Source of the DNA: Phoronis australis
Lineage: Eukaryota > Animalia > Phoronida
Length of the DNA stretch: 64,000 nucleotides
NCBI GenBank assembly: GCA_002633005.1
Contig: NMRA01000182.1
Location: forward strand, 257,077-321,076
Reading direction: 5' to 3'
Shown: in pieces, positions 63,571 to 64,000 of the stretch
Numbering within the stretch: position 1 is the first letter of the stretch
Layout of the letters: each line of letters begins with the position of its first letter
Position numbers and translations under genes: made by a program
The notes under the pieces: generated by a model
What the model was told of the DNA's origin: nothing
Databases searched by the model: none
Seen by the model: only the letters and a program-made list of their open reading frames with translations

Positions 63571-63822
63571 GGGGTCCGTTCCACGAAACTAACTTAAGTT
63601 CATTTTTGATTTAAGTCTTTTTGATTTGTCTTAACTTTCATACTTTGAAACTTCCACAACCGGTAAGATAGTTAAAATTAAGACAAAATTTTTACCGAAT
63701 ACTTTATTCAAAGTTAAGATCTCTTTCTTGAAACGGTATCGAGACAAATTTAAGTCTTAACTTAAGATTCACTAAAATTTAAGATTTGTCTTAGGTAAGT
63801 CAGTTTTGTTGGAACGGGCCCC
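63571..63822. mobile_element. MITE, PIF/Harbinger-like ends
   Basis: TIRs ggggtccgttccac and ttggaacgggcccc, with an AT-rich interior containing repeated cttaag-like motifs. Confidence 0.65.
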
Positions 63823-64000
63823 TGGTCTATTCATAAAGTCATCAAAAACAGCCGCCGACGCAACATTTTCAAGTGACCCTGCATTATGTAACATCGAGGT
63901 GAATGATTGGTTGTGGTTGATCAAAATTCTTGGATTTAGGACGGCCAATATCACCAATTCTGGACAAAAATTATTGCCAAAATTACTTTTTTTTGTTTTT

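Overview
This is AT-rich, intron-rich eukaryotic DNA, most likely from a bilaterian invertebrate draft assembly (single Ns at 6912 and 13885, gap at 9334-9496). I reconstructed five genes by hand from GT-AG splice sites and reading-frame phase. (1) The 5' part of a minus-strand Lys/Arg-Ser-rich SON-like nuclear protein gene, with exons from 10781 down to 2183, probably continuing left of the window. (2) A 4-exon centrin-like EF-hand gene with a ~150-aa N-terminal extension (15039-17779, +, 307 aa). (3) An intronless MFSD4/NaGLT1-type MFS transporter (21634-23190, +). (4) A complete 9-exon WDR77/MEP50 gene (47976 down to 25654, -, 348 aa). (5) A probable PR/SET-domain gene, divergent from WDR77, with one coding exon seen (59763-59869). 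Introns are packed with non-autonomous DNA elements: a Helentron-type (HINE/DINE-1/pearl-like) family, a decayed Academ-like transposon, several MITEs, foldbacks, tRNA-derived SINE heads and minisatellites. The most striking signal is that each HINE copy carries a tandem array of ~140-161 bp monomers organised as ~450 bp trimers, and every monomer carries a co-oriented CTCF-consensus-like motif. Most short ORFs in the supplied track are artefacts of repeats or antisense frames. No database searches were run, so family assignments come from recalled motifs.
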